Shown one piece after another: positions 11,886-24,923 of a stretch of DNA of 64,000 nt. Made by a program: the position numbers and the translations under genes. The notes under the pieces are model-generated. The model was not told the DNA's origin. It searched no databases and saw nothing but the letters and a program-made list of their open reading frames with translations. Source of the DNA: Camelus dromedarius (taxonomy: Eukaryota). Within the stretch, counting starts at the first letter, position 1. Every line of letters starts with the position of its first letter. The DNA is taken from assembly GCF_036321535.1 (NCBI RefSeq), contig NC_087437.1, positions 24,988,001-25,052,000 of the forward strand, in the 5' to 3' direction.

Positions 11886-14459
11886 CACCATTTGTGCCCT
11901 AATGGATGTAAACCTCCACTTCTGAAAGCCTCAAAAGTATATTGGATAATTAGAAGAAAAAAAAAAAGAGTGGTATTCTACTTGATTAATGATTTAGAAT
12001 TTCTTTATAAAAAGTGAACTGTGAAGCCAACATTTCACTGGAAAGGAGCAAAATAATGATTTGATTCTTTGTAATTTTACAAAAAGAGAAAAAGATTAAA
12101 CAAAAGTCTTTATATGTTTTCTGCATTGAATTTAACGTATGTATGTATTCACACACATATGTACATGTGTATATGATGGTGTGTGTAGGTATATATATGT
12201 GTTTTACATATATATATGGCCTAAATATTACTAATCAAATTCTATAAGAAATTACTAAAATTGGAATTCTGAAAAGATAAGCCATAGCAATTTATTAAAA
12301 AGTAAAGCAGATCGTCTTTTTAATTTATGTTCATGAAAAGGACGCCAGTTGCTGAATACAGCTAATACCTGTATTAGCTGACAGGTATGAGACGCTTTAG
12401 GGGTGAGCAGAATTCACTTTAAATTCAAGCACATGATATGTCAAGTTTTGAATAGATACTTGTTTATTTAAACCTGCATTCTGATGATCACCCTTTCAGA
12501 GAGCTAACAAATATATGAATATGTGATCCAATGATTACATATTCAAATTAACCCAGTTTCTTTGAATATAGTCTAATGATTGAATGATCCCCCAAACACT
12601 GTAACTCCTCAGGGAAATATGCCGATGCCTCAGCACATTTTCTTGAGGCCTGGAGAATGCTAGCTCTGCCACGGAGTGCCTTGAAGCATGGAAACTCTGC
12701 TCTACCTAAACACAAGTCCTAGGCTTTAATCACAATGGCTAGGTTCACACTAAAGCAATTAACCATATGATTGCTTTCACAGGAGCCCAACCTCATCAGT
12801 GTTTTTCCTTCAGGCAAACTGACAAGGCTGGCTGTAGTCAATGACTCAAATGGATTTGATTACGTAAGAGGTACAAGTCTCAGAACACGCAGTCACAAAG
12901 ACAGTGGAGGAATCTTCACCCTCGGTGGATTTTTTAAAAGTTGCCTTTTCACAATCACCACTTGAAATTTAAATGGCAAAGGTAAAATAATTGTTCTACT
13001 AAACAAGAGCTGGCAGGTGTAGAATGAAGAGTGACACCAAATAATGATGATCTGTTGTAGAGTTTGTTGGGTTTTTTGTTTGTTTTGGTTGGTTGGTTTT
13101 GTTCTTCGGGACAAGCAGTAGGAGTGGGCCACGAGAGCTCTCAAAATCTAATATAGTAAGATTTACTTTGAGAATTTGAAAGAGGTAAAAATATCTAAGG
13201 AATGTAATTAGTAATTGAATAGCAACTGTAGATAATGTATGAAAGGTATGTGTGTGTACGCGTGCTAGAATATGTGTGCACGTGTATACGGATACACACG
13301 TGTATGTATTCCTGTGTCCTTTTTTAGGCTTATTTAATCTTGTGACTTCACTCGTCATTGCTGGACTTGGTGGTATAGCACGTGAGAACTTGAAGCTTTC
13401 TAGCATCCTCTTCTTGGTATCCTATTGGGAAGTTTTTGCCGGCGTAACAGGATTTTTGGTTACTATGTCCTAGAGTGATTTCTTCAAAAGTGAGACATTA
13501 AAGGATTTTAATTGTTTTCCTAGCTTAAAAGCTGAGTATGAAGACAAGGTCTGAGCAATAGAAGTCTTCCAGTGTGTTTGTCATTTCTCAGCACTTTTCG
13601 GGTTATGCTAAATATTCCTTAAATGCAATTACAATGCACTAGACAGCAAGTGACGTCCCAAAGATGCTAAGGAATTCATGCTTCCGGTGTGTATTGGCCA
13701 GAAATCTTGAAGGTTATGTGGTCTGATGAGCCTCACTGGCTGTATCCCATTCTGGAATGCCAGTGTACATTGTGCTATAAAAAACGTGTTGAAATCATGA
13801 GATTGACTCCCAAAAAGATTTCCACCATTTGGAATTCAACAGTTAGTTTTACAACCTCCAGTAAAAGAAAGTTCACCCGTGGAATTTCAGTCCTGATGCT
13901 GGGAACATCTTAGGTAAAAGGACTTACACAAATAACATGGAGATTTTTTTCTTTAAGGCATTAGGATGATTTGTCCTGAATCAAAGACTTTATTAAAGTT
14001 GGCAAAAACTGTTTTTCTGATTAGTTTTAAGTGCCAAATCCAAATGCCTTCTCATGTTCAAATATTTAGATGAATGATGAAACAGTGTGTCCAGTGGCTA
14101 GGCAAATTGAGTCCCAACCAAAGTCTGTAGTCGTCCGGGCTCCTCACACTCTAGGCAGAATATTCTGAGAATCTACATGATCTGCTCAATGTCTGGGACC
14201 CACGGGGTAAAGGACCTAAGGATCTGAGGGGAAAAAAAGTGCTAAGGGAACTAAATTCTCATCATCACTGAGACAACAAACCTGATGGAGATCAAAACAT
14301 ATGTGTTCTTATATTCCAGAGGGTCCATCGGTCTCTTTCCTTCTATTTTTTGTTCCTGTTCTTAAAGAAAAAGAGACATTTATAAATAAATCTAAAGAAA
14401 GTAGTTATGAAAAACCTTTTGGCAACATGGAGGATAACTACAGCCTGTTTGAGGGTTGA

Positions 14460-14600
14460 TTACAAGACCCACGCGCCTGTGCTGCTCGCGCTTTCCGCTG
14501 GCTGCAGGAGGAGAGGCGGCGTCTCGCCGCCGCCCGGGGCTTGCAGCTCGCGCTCCTCCGTCAGCCTGTTCCTGTCTGTGGAGTCCCCCGTGCTCTCTGT
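14460..14600. promoter_or_regulatory. Small CpG-rich patch (candidate promoter or enhancer)
   Basis: Dense CpG (cacgcgcc, ctcgcgct, ggcggcgtctcgccgccgcccgggg, ctcgcgctc) in CpG-depleted DNA with no repeat similarity I recognise. Confidence 0.6.
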
Positions 14601-15661
14601 GCACTTTAAGTTTAATTTTGCATTTAAAAACTCAATTGGCTCATCTGTTAAGCATTAAGCAGCTCCCTTTTGAGCCACAGGGGGAGCCCTGGGAAAACCC
14701 ACAGCTGCTGGAACATGGAAAATGGGTTTAAAAAAACAAAACCATTTTGAAACTTTAAAGCATTTTAGCAGCCGTGGATTTCCCAATCCTTACCCCCCAA
14801 ATGGTTCATCTGTTTAACTTTTATCTGGTATTGGAAAACACAAACCAGAGCCTTAAATGGCCCTCGAATGACTTTTTGTTTAATACAAAATGAAAGTAAA
14901 AGCGAAGCAAGCCATGTGGGAGGAACTTTCAGAGAGCTATGGCCTGGAATACCTGCAAGCTATTCTCCCCCCGGTTACAGAAACAATTCTGAAATGCAAG
15001 TCACGCCTGCTGGAACCACAGCCTTTCCTCCACTCCCTTAGACACGCCCCCCCACCCCCAAATCGGGCAGAAAACAAGTCGCCAAAAAGTCCAAATGCCA
15101 GCTTATAAAATGACAATAAAATTGATGAAGAAGTTAACAGTCTGGGGATATTGATGACATGCTCAATCAAGATTAAGTTTCATAATGATTTGTCATTGAC
15201 TAAAAATTCATGTCTAATTACAATTGGATAGGCTATAGATAAACATAAATTATCATTTTGTTCAAGGTTCCCAAATATTCCCCTAACTAACCTAAAGTCT
15301 CCCTGTGGGAGGGTCCCAGGTCCCCTGGATAGATACCAATTCCTTTGAATGATGGTGAGACATACCTATTTAAAAATAGAAAGATTTTTTTTTGGAAAGG
15401 TGACAGTTGTTAACCTGTTGTTTACTATTAATAAAAGTTCTATATGACAAAACAATATAATATGATACTGAGTAATCAGATGAGGTGAAAAAGAGGTGTT
15501 TGAATCATGGGAAACTGCCTGAGGAAATTTCTTCAGCCTGGGTGGAGCCTACAGTGAGAAGCGCAGGGTAAGCGAGAGACAGAGGACGTCGTGTTAGCAC
15601 CAGAGCATGGAAGCAAGGAACAAGCCCTAGCATGTAGGAGTCCCTACCAAGGGCTAACATG

Positions 15662-16054
15662 TGCTGAAAAGGAGGCAACAGGCTCAGAATGGAGTTGTTT
15701 ATGCTAAGCTTCAGATCTCCAAATGGAGACCTCATTACAGTTGCAAGTCCCCCAGGAGTGGAATCTTAAGCCAGTCAATTAGGAGTCTTCCTGAGCAGCA
15801 CGAGTTAAGTAATCTGCCTGATAGACACACACCCCCCCCACCCCGCCCTCACCTAAAGGAAAGTAACCTTGCAATATCAGCTTTTCTGCCCGTATAGCTC
15901 CCTTGTTCCTGCCCTCTTCTGCCTATAACAGTCTTTTATTTCTCCAGCTTCTCAGAACTACTTTCTGTCTGCTATTGGATGCTGCCCAATTTGAATCGAT
16001 TTTTGCTCACATAAACCCTTAACATTTTAATATGCCCTAGTTTATCTTTTAACA
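15662..16054 (+). mobile_element. ERV1-type solo LTR
   Basis: TG...CA termini (tgctgaaaagg...cttttaaca), near-TSD catg/cctg, TATA-like cctataac and polyA-like cataaa. Confidence 0.75.
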
Positions 16055-16954
16055 CCTGATTGATGGGAGGAAAGGGAAATTCATGTGGTGGAAGAGGAGT
16101 ACTCACAAGAGGAAGTTGGAAAGACACAAAAGAAATTCTTCACCTAACTTTTTGGCTTGACTTTGGCTCTGATGAGAATCACTGAATTCTCGTATAGAAT
16201 TCATGTGTTTTTAACCCACGGGGACCACCACAGTCTAAATCTGAATAAACAATGTCCAGAATATGATTCATCCAAAATTATTCATTCTATTGGTCAATGT
16301 CAGACTCAGGAGTAAAATTACCCAATTCCCGAATCTCAATCCAATTTTAATCTTGGGATATCTTCTTTGAGATGGCAACTGTTGCTTGGTGTGGGGATGG
16401 AGTGGTTAGTTTGTGAGGAACACGTTCATGGAAATTTTTCAACTATGCACTTTAAAATAAACATTGTATTTTCAAAGTCCTCAATTTCAATTTTATTTCA
16501 TCTTCATCTTTCTCTCTCTTTCACTATTTACCCCACCCCATCTAGACTATATCCATGAGTTTTATATATGTATTGATATGGCATTATAGTAAGGGGTTGA
16601 ATCTATTGTATAGATTACTCAAATTTTATGATGCTGTACAAGATTGCAAATAAATTTTAAAGAGAGAGCATTAGGAAAATGATAAAATAAAAATGAGCTG
16701 GAAAAGCAGTACATTAATACTACTCAAGCCGGGTTACTTACACTGACACATTCTGAAATGATAAAGAACATAAGTAACGTCTTCAGTTTTGAAAGACCAG
16801 GGAAGAGGCCCACTTCCCCTATCATCAAATTCAAATATTAGCATTTCAAACTGAGAGACTACTGATGATAACATATCTATATATATAATGTATCTGTATA
16901 TGTATAATATCCTTTTTCCTATTATCTTCAAAAATTTTTACCAGGGGAAACAAA

Positions 16955-17792
16955 TCTTCATTGAACATCTACTATGCACTAGGCACAATGCTAGCTGATT
17001 ACCGTGATTTTACGCATCCAAGGATAATACCAGTGACCTATTTTCATATTCTTTAATTACAAATGTCCACCTCCTTCTGCTTGGTCCATGTCCCTTGGCT
17101 ACTGTTACAAGTTTGGAGACAGGGAGGTCGGGCTCATACACTGATGGAAGAATTTAAGTACTATGTGAATTAGATAACCGAGGCCATAGTTTGCAATCAG
17201 CTAGTTACGAGCTGTGGAGCTGAGCGGCACTACTCTCCGTAAGCCAGTGAAATCCATTTCAATCTAGCCGGAGCCAGAAATAGCATGGAGTGTGGCCCCT
17301 GTGCATGGGATCGCAGAGTAAGATGCTCATCATGTTACCGGGACCCTTCCTCTTTCTCGTCATCTCTCATCTTAGCTTTTCTCTGGTGTGAGTTCTCATC
17401 CCGCCTTCAGTGCAGAAAGCTTCCTCCATATCTTAGGGGCGGAGAGTGGAGGTGAGGTCGTGGCATGCTCAGCAGTTCCAGAGGAAGGGGTGACCTTCCC
17501 CTTGGCTTTACTTAATAATCCAGGTAAAGGTTCTGATTGTCCTGGCTGGCTCTGGTAGCGTGTCTTCCTACCAGATCAGGCACAGTGGCTGGGGCTGTGG
17601 CACAGTTATTGTCAGGCCAGGGTCTCCTGCGTCCTGCTATGTTCTGTGAGTGACCCCCACAAGAATCCATTGGTTGGAGTGAAGAGGCAGTAGAGGCACA
17701 GAGAGGTTAAATCATTTGCTCAAGATGACACAGCTAAACGTCTGCTAAGGCTATGATTCAAACCCAAGCCCTTTTGTTCCAGAATCAGTGCC
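16955..17792. mobile_element. MIR/L2 fragment interrupted by an old MaLR (MLT1J/K-like) LTR
   Basis: catctactatgcactaggcac on the left and gaggcacagagaggttaaatcatttgctcaagatgacacagcta on the right. The interior has ttctgattgtcctggc and cacagtggctgggg, which are MLT1-like. Confidence 0.6.
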
Positions 17793-18589
17793 AATACATT
17801 TGAGATTAATATTGCAGCATAAGGTTTCTTTTGAATTGTGTGAACCTAGCATCCTTTTTTCCCCATTCCTTTATTTTCTGTGTAATTTTTAGTAGACTGT
17901 CATTGTGATCACGCAGGTGTTTGGAACTGCACCAGTCACCTTCAGCTTTTAAGGGGCCGCACCGCCAAATGCTGAGGAATGGAAATCATGAGTGGGCTGA
18001 TGACACTGTCATACCTTTGAGTCAGTTACCCTTGAAACTGCGGCATTCCCACTTCTCAGACAAAGTAATAAATCCCTCACTGTTCAGCCGCTTTGGTTAG
18101 ATATCCTGTCATTAGTAGCCATACACATCCTAACTGGCACAGGACTATACATTGTGTTATTTTTTTCTTTTAATGGCTCATCTTGGATAAGACCAAGGCT
18201 TGTGGAACAAATCAATAGACTGGGACAGCATTCAGGACGGTAAATGACCCTTAAGAATAAGGAAGAGAGTGTGTTTTGGGGGAGGAGAGAGAAGACATGC
18301 AACAGAAATCACGAGTTCTGTTTTGAACTTAATAAAGCAGTTTATACATTTAGGTGGAAATATCAAATAGGGGGTGAATATCTGAGTGCATCATTTAGAA
18401 ATAGATCTCTGCTGGCAACATGTATTTAGAAGTAATTAGCATAGAGCCAATCCATGCTGACGTGGGAAGAAATAAGTTTATCTGCAGAAAAAGTCAAGCC
18501 ATCAAGAATGTTTTCAAAATAGCTCTATCCCTTATGTGTAAGTGTGTCAACAACTTTGAAGATATCCGAAAATCCAGTTAATTATTTTG

Positions 18590-21500
18590 TATGTTTTATT
18601 TATTTTTTACTGAAGTATAGTTGACATAAAATATTGTTAGTTTTAGATGTACAGCATAGCAATCATTATGAAATGACCACCATGATAAGTCTAGTAACCA
18701 TCTGTCACTGTACAAAGTTATTACAGTATTATAGACTATGTTCTTTCTGCTGTGTATTACATCCCCATGAATTACTTAGTTTATAACTGGAAGTTTTTAT
18801 GTCGTAATCCCTATTTCACCCAATCTACCATCACTCTCCCCTCTGGCAACCAGTTCATTCTTTATAAGTCTGTTTCTATTTTGTTTTACCTTTTACTTTT
18901 TAGATTCCACATATAAGCGATATCATGTAGTATTTTTTTTCTCCTTCTGGCTTACTCAGTATGACAATCTCCAGGTCCATCCAAGTTGTTGCAAATGTCA
19001 GGATTTCATTCCTTCTTATGCTGAGTAGTATTCCATTCTTTATGCATTCATCCATTGTTTCCATATCTTGACAATTGTAAATAATGCTGTGAACATTGGG
19101 GTGCACATATCTTTCAAATTATCGGCTTTTTTTTTTGTTTTTTCCCGATATATACCCAGGAGTGGAATTGCTAGATCATATAGTAGTTCCATTTTTAGTT
19201 TTTTGAGAAACCTCCATACTTTTTTTCACAGTGCCCAAACCAATTTACATTCCCAACAACAGTGTGCAAGATTCCCTTTTCTCCACACGCTCACCGACAT
19301 TTGTTATTTGTATTCTTTTGATGACAGCTATTTTGACAGATGTGCAGTGATATCTCATTGTGGTTTTGATTTGCATTTCCCTGATAATTAGTGATGTTGA
19401 GCATCTTTTCATGTGTCTGTTGGATATTTCTATGTCTTCTTTGGAGAGACATTTATTCAGATCCTCTACCATTTTTAAATCAGGTTGTTCTTTTATATTG
19501 AGTTGTATGGTTTCTTTAGGTAATTAGGATATTGATTCTTTATCAGACATATTTGCAAATATCTTCTCTCATTCAGTAGGTTGCCTTTTCATTTTGTTGA
19601 TGATCTACTATGCTGTCCAAAACCTATAGTTTGATATAGTCTGATTTGTTTATTTTTGCTTTCATTGTCCTTGCCTGAGGAGACAGATCCCCAAAACTAT
19701 TGATAAGACTGATGTCAGTGAGTGGACTGCCTATGTTTTCTTCTAGGAGTTTTATGGTTTTAGGTCTTATATTTAAGTCTTCAACTCATTTTGGGTTTAT
19801 TTTTGTATATGGTGTGAGAAAATAATCCAGTTTGCTTCTTTTGCATGTACCTGTCCAGTTTTCTAAACACCATTTATTGAAAAGGCTGTCTTTCCCCATT
19901 GTATGTTCTTGCCTCCTTTGTCATAGATAAATTGACAGTATAAGCACGTGTTTATTTCTGGACTCTATTCTATTCCATTGATCTATGTCTGTTTCTGTGC
20001 CAGTGCCATACTATTTGATTCCCATAGCTTTGTAGGATAGATTGAAATCAGGGAGTGTATTATCTCTAGCTTTGATCTTTCTCAAGATTTTCTTGGCTAT
20101 TAAGGTCTTAATAGTTCCATAAAAACTTGAGGATTATTTGTTCTAGCTCTGTGGAAAACGCCATTGCCATTTTGTTAAGGATTTCATTGAATCCTGCGGA
20201 CTGCTTTGGGTAGTAAGGATGCTTTGACAGTATGAATTATTTCAGTCCATGAGCACAATAAATCTTTCCACTCATTTGTGTCATCTTCATGTCATCTTCA
20301 CATCTTTCCTTCATCAATCTTTTACAGTTTTCGGAATATAGGTATTTTACCTCCTTGGTTAAGTTTATTCCTGGGTATTTTATTCTTTTCGATGCAGTTG
20401 TAAATGGGGTTGTTTACTTAAGTTCTCTTTATGATATATCATTATTAGTGTATAGAAATGCAACAGATTTCTATGTATTAATTTTGCATCCTGCAGCTTT
20501 ACTGAGTTCATTTATTAGTTGTAATTTTGGGGGGTAATCTTTAAGATTTTCCATATACGGTATCATGTCATCTGCAAACAGTGACAGTTTTTAATTCTTT
20601 CTTTTCAGTTTCGGTTCCATTTATTTCTTTTCTTGCATGATTTGAGTAAAAGTGACGAGTGTGAGCATCCTTGCATAGTTCCTAATTGTAGAGGAAATTG
20701 TTCAGCTTTTCACCACTGAGTATGATGTTAGTTCTGGGTTTGTCATGTATGGCCTTTATTATGTTGAGGTTTGTTTCATCCATACCCACTTTGTTCAAAG
20801 TTTTTGTCATAAATGGATGTTGAATTTTGTTAAAAACTTTTCCTGCATCTATTGAGATCATATGATTTTTAGTCTTCATTTTGTTAATGTGATGTATCAC
20901 ACTGATTGATTTACAGATATTGAACCATACTTGCTTCCCTGGAATAAGTCCAACTTGATCACGATGTACCATCCTTTTAATGTATTGTTGAATTTGGTTT
21001 GCTAATATTTTGTTGAGAACGTTTGCATCTATGTTCATCAGGGATATGGACCTGTAACTTTCTTTTTTTGTGGAGTCTTTGCTGGTTTTGGTATCAGGGT
21101 AATGGTTGGCCTTGTAGAATTAGTTTGGAAGTGTACCTTCCTATTCAAAATGCCTGGAATATTTTGACAAGGATAGGTAGTAACTCGGGGTGGGGACTTG
21201 TTTTGGAGAAGCTCTAGTCCTGGTCAGGGGGTCTCACCAGAACTGGTGGGGCAGAAGGAACTCTTTGGAGGAGTGCCAGCTGGGTTGGGCCCACAAGTGA
21301 CTCCAGGGAGAGCAAGCAGTGCCAGTCAGTTAGATGGGGAGGGTCAGAGACAGCACCTGCTGGCCCCAGGTCAGCCAGCCAGAACGTGAGCCCTCCCCGC
21401 TAAAGACAAGCATGCCCTCTAGCTGCTCTGCAGCCAGAGAAGGCTCTAACAGATCCTTTCCCCTCCTCACTTTCCCTAAAACTAGTCAATGAATCCCCTT

Positions 21501-21945
21501 CATCTATGACCCAAGTGCTTTTCAGACTGCTGCCTCTGCACTGGGGCTGAGAGTGAGTGACTTTTTTGCACAAGTCTTTTAAAAGCAGAGTCTTGGTTTC
21601 CTACAGCCTCAGACATAAGCCTCCTGAGTTTTCAAAGTCAAACATTATAGGGGATCATCTTCCTGGTGCAGGGTCCCCGGGCTGGGAGCCTGATGTGGAA
21701 TTGGGAGCCTTCACTCCTCAGGGAGGACCCCCGAGGCTGTGATCTCTCATCCAACCACGGTTACACACTGAAGGTATGAGTCCTGGACAGATGACCCCTT
21801 CATCACTTGTCTCAGTCTTTAGTTGTGGAAATACTTTCTGTGAGTTTTCAGGTTGTCCTCAGAGATAATCTCTCTATGTAGTTGTACTTTTGGTGTGTTT
21901 GTGGGAGGAGGTGGGTCCAGGATCTTCCTACTCCACCATGAAAGA
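18590..21945 (-). mobile_element. LINE-1 with 3'UTR, ORF2 RT/C-terminal remnant and a directly fused 5'UTR
   Basis: ORF 20682-21038 ([22 protein letters not shown]...[18 protein letters not shown]) is L1 RT. ORFs 19245-19472 and 18900-19106 are the ORF2 C-terminus. T-rich tail at ~18590. An L1 5'-end-like atggtggagtaggaagatcc lies on the minus strand at ~21920-21939. Confidence 0.93.
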
Positions 21946-22237
21946 TAACCAATAACCCTTTGGTTAATTGTTAAATATTCAATCAAATTCCTTTCTAATC
22001 TTTCTCCATTTCCATCAGAGTGAACCTGCTCCACTGTCTCATTCTTAAAACATTTCAAGAGTTTTCCATCCTACTCAGAGTGAGAAAGCTTGATATAAAA
22101 GATACAGCTATTTTGTTCACAAAGAAAATATTTGACTTTTTTCTTCTCATTCCTTTCTGTCCACCCTCTTATATAAATACCTCTTCTCTCTTCTGTAGTA
22201 TCATGTCTATTTTAGTGAGCCCATCTATTGCCTTTCT

Positions 22238-22433
22238 TTTTTTATTGACGTTTAGTTGATTTACAACATTGTGTTAGTTTCTGGTGTACAGCAAAATGAT
22301 TCAGTTATACATATGTATATTCTTTTTCATATTCTTTTTCATTATAGGTTATTATAAGATATTGAATGTAGTTCCCTGTGTTGTACAGTAGGACCTTGTT
22401 GTTTATCTACTTTATATATAGAAGTTTGCATCT
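22238..22433 (-). mobile_element. 5'-truncated L1 (3'UTR only)
   Basis: Perfect 15-bp TSD atctattgcctttct (22223-22237 and 22434-22448), a poly-T start and artiodactyl-type L1 3'UTR sequence. Confidence 0.92.
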
Positions 22434-24467
22434 ATCTATTGCCTTTCTCCTCTTTGACAGTTCATACATCTCTAAATCCCAGAGGATACTGAAGTAGGAG
22501 TCTAGGATTTCTCAGATTGAGGGGGAGGACAATACAAAGGGGAAGAAGGGGATGGGAGGGGGAGATCTGCAGGAAGGAGATAAAATTAATATAACTTTTT
22601 GTCCCCTCATGGAGGATTCTGATGCCCAGGGTGAGAGTATTTCAAGAAGAAAGGTGGGTCCTTCTCTTTGACTGCTGCCGAAAGGAGCATTGAAAAATGG
22701 CCTTTGGCTGTGGTGACTTTAGTCAGAGTTACCTGGGTAGTGAGATGCTGATAGAAGCAGACTGGAGGGGGTTAAGGAGGGAGAGGAAGGTGAGAGATGA
22801 AGTGAGGAGAATGACCCCCTCCCCTTATAATAAAACGTGGAGAAGAGGAGAGAGTTAGGCAGGAGCTGCGGGGGCTGCGGAGATGGGCCGAGCCTGGCTG
22901 TTCCTTTGAAATGGAGAAAAGAAAAAGAGAAAATGCTCACTGTATGTCCCCAGATGATACAGTGGGGGATAGAATCTAAAGCACAAGCAGAGGCATTGGC
23001 CTCAGACTGTTAGAAGACAACTTCTGGGTCAAAACAGGAGAGAAGGAGAAGGGCGTTGACTTGGTTGGTATGCTTGTTGTTTATTTAGAAACGTAAGAAT
23101 GTTCCAGCTCATTTTGATTATTTTGTGTTACTGTTATATTTTCCCCTTCTATCTCTTCTTACATATTTGAAAATCTTGATCTATGATTAAAAAGAAAAGG
23201 CTGTCATTCTCGTATTTTTTACATGACATGGAAAATAATAGTTCAACTAACTGTTTGTTATAATAATAAAGACCAGAAGCAAAACCCAAAGGCCAGGATC
23301 CTAGAGTCTTTCATGTTGACCTCTGTTCTATTATGAACTTTCAAATCTGTTTTTCATCAGGCGCTGCAGGAAATAGAGCAGAAGAACATGGGAAAGAAAT
23401 ATATCCCGCTAAGATTGCCTAGATCCCGGGGGATTGGTGATGTTACCAGAGAGAAACAAACAGCAGTTGATAAGGGTTTTCAATACAAGTAAAAATGCTT
23501 TGATGTCAGATGATTTTCAAGAAGAGAAAGAAAGATGCAGATTTTAGCAAGAAAATATTGAAACAAAACTCAGATTGACCAAAGTTATGTCCAAGAAGGA
23601 AAGATGCAAGGAGATGCATAGGGGTAAAGCCACAGAGGATTAAAAATTCTTCACAAGACTTTTATTAGAATTCATGGTGATGACTTCAATTCATGGTGAA
23701 ATTTCCTTACTCATATGAAATTTTTAATTAAACATTCTTAAAAAAACATGCTAAATTTAGAAGACTATATTCTAAATATGATAAATTATTTAGAGCCCAC
23801 TTTTGGGTAGATATTCTATATTTTATTAAATTTTCAAATAAATATTCCCCTTCTGCTTTGTAAACCATCTTTGTGTATTTTTATGACTTTTCTACTTTCT
23901 GTGGCCCTTCCACTCCTGTCAGTTCTTACTTTCAAAACTGTTATTAGTGTGCTGTTATTTACCCTTTCCTGACAGGGTGAAAAGCACTGTTAACTGACCA
24001 TGAGTTTCAATGAATGTAGTATGGTAACAATTACAGTAATGAATAAACAACTGTACAGCTACAAACTGAATGCCAGCAGAATTAATCTGCATGAACCAAC
24101 ATTTAACACACCCTAGTGAAAATGATTCCCTTGTGTGATGCTTTATCCAATATAAGAGTTGTATCTAGGAGGTCAAAAGACATGCCCAAAGTAATTTACT
24201 CCACTTGGAACATAGTCATTGTCTCTATAATCCTAATCTTCCTTCTTTAACTGGAAAGGATGGAGCTGGTGAGAAGGGGCACCTGTGCACATAGTCTTGT
24301 TGCCCATCTGGCAAACACCACCATGCCATTCTAGATTTATTTCAAGCCTTTTGCATTCTACGGGGTCTTTCTGAACATTCTTCCCCTTGGTAGAACTAAT
24401 ATCTCCCTCCCTTCCAATCTGGAGAGAGCGAAACAGAGAATAAATCTAAACCACTCCATTCATTATT

Positions 24468-24923
24468 TTTTTATATTTTCCTTTCTTATTGAAGTATAAT
24501 TGATTTAAAATATCGTGTTAGTTTCAGGTGTACAGCAAGGTGATTCAGATATATATATATATATTTCATATTCCTTTCCAGTACAAGATACTGAATATAG
24601 TTCTCTGTGCTATGCAGTAATAAATCCTTGCTGTTTATCTATTTTATATATAGTAGTTTGTATCTGTTAATCCCACACACCTAATTTATCCCTCTCCACC
24701 CCCTTTCCCTTTTGATAACCATAAAATTGTTTTCTATGTCTGTGAGTCTATTTCTGTTTTGTCAATAGGTTCATTTGCATCATGTTTTTAGATTCCATAT
24801 ATGAGTGATATTGTATGTATTGTTCTTTCTCTTTCTGGCTTACCTCACTTGGTATGATAATCTCCAGGTCCATGCATGTGTTGCTGCAAATGTCAATGTT
24901 TCATTCTTTTTTAGAGCTGAGTA
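24468..24923 (-). mobile_element. 5'-truncated L1 3' end
   Basis: 13-bp TSD tccattcattatt (24455-24467 and 24924-24936); L1 3'UTR and ORF2-end sequence (ttagattccatatatgagtgata). Confidence 0.92.

Noticed and set aside
11835..12017. Poly-Tyr ORF
   Set aside because: Translation of the (TAT)16 microsatellite.
13245..13312. Quasi-palindromic gtgtgcacgtgtatac...acacgtgtatgtattc
   Set aside because: Self-complementarity is a trivial result of degenerate (RY)n simple sequence.
14392..14731. Three overlapping ORFs over the CpG patch
   Set aside because: Stop-poor because of GC richness; no recognisable protein.
16742..16752. 11-nt minus-strand segment between tcatttcAG and GTAAGT
   Set aside because: Not frame-preserving and has no other support; such pairs arise by chance.
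20682..21038. Reverse-transcriptase ORF as a novel RT system (retron, DGR, group II intron)
   Set aside because: It is a frameshifted LINE-1 ORF2 fragment within a degenerate L1.
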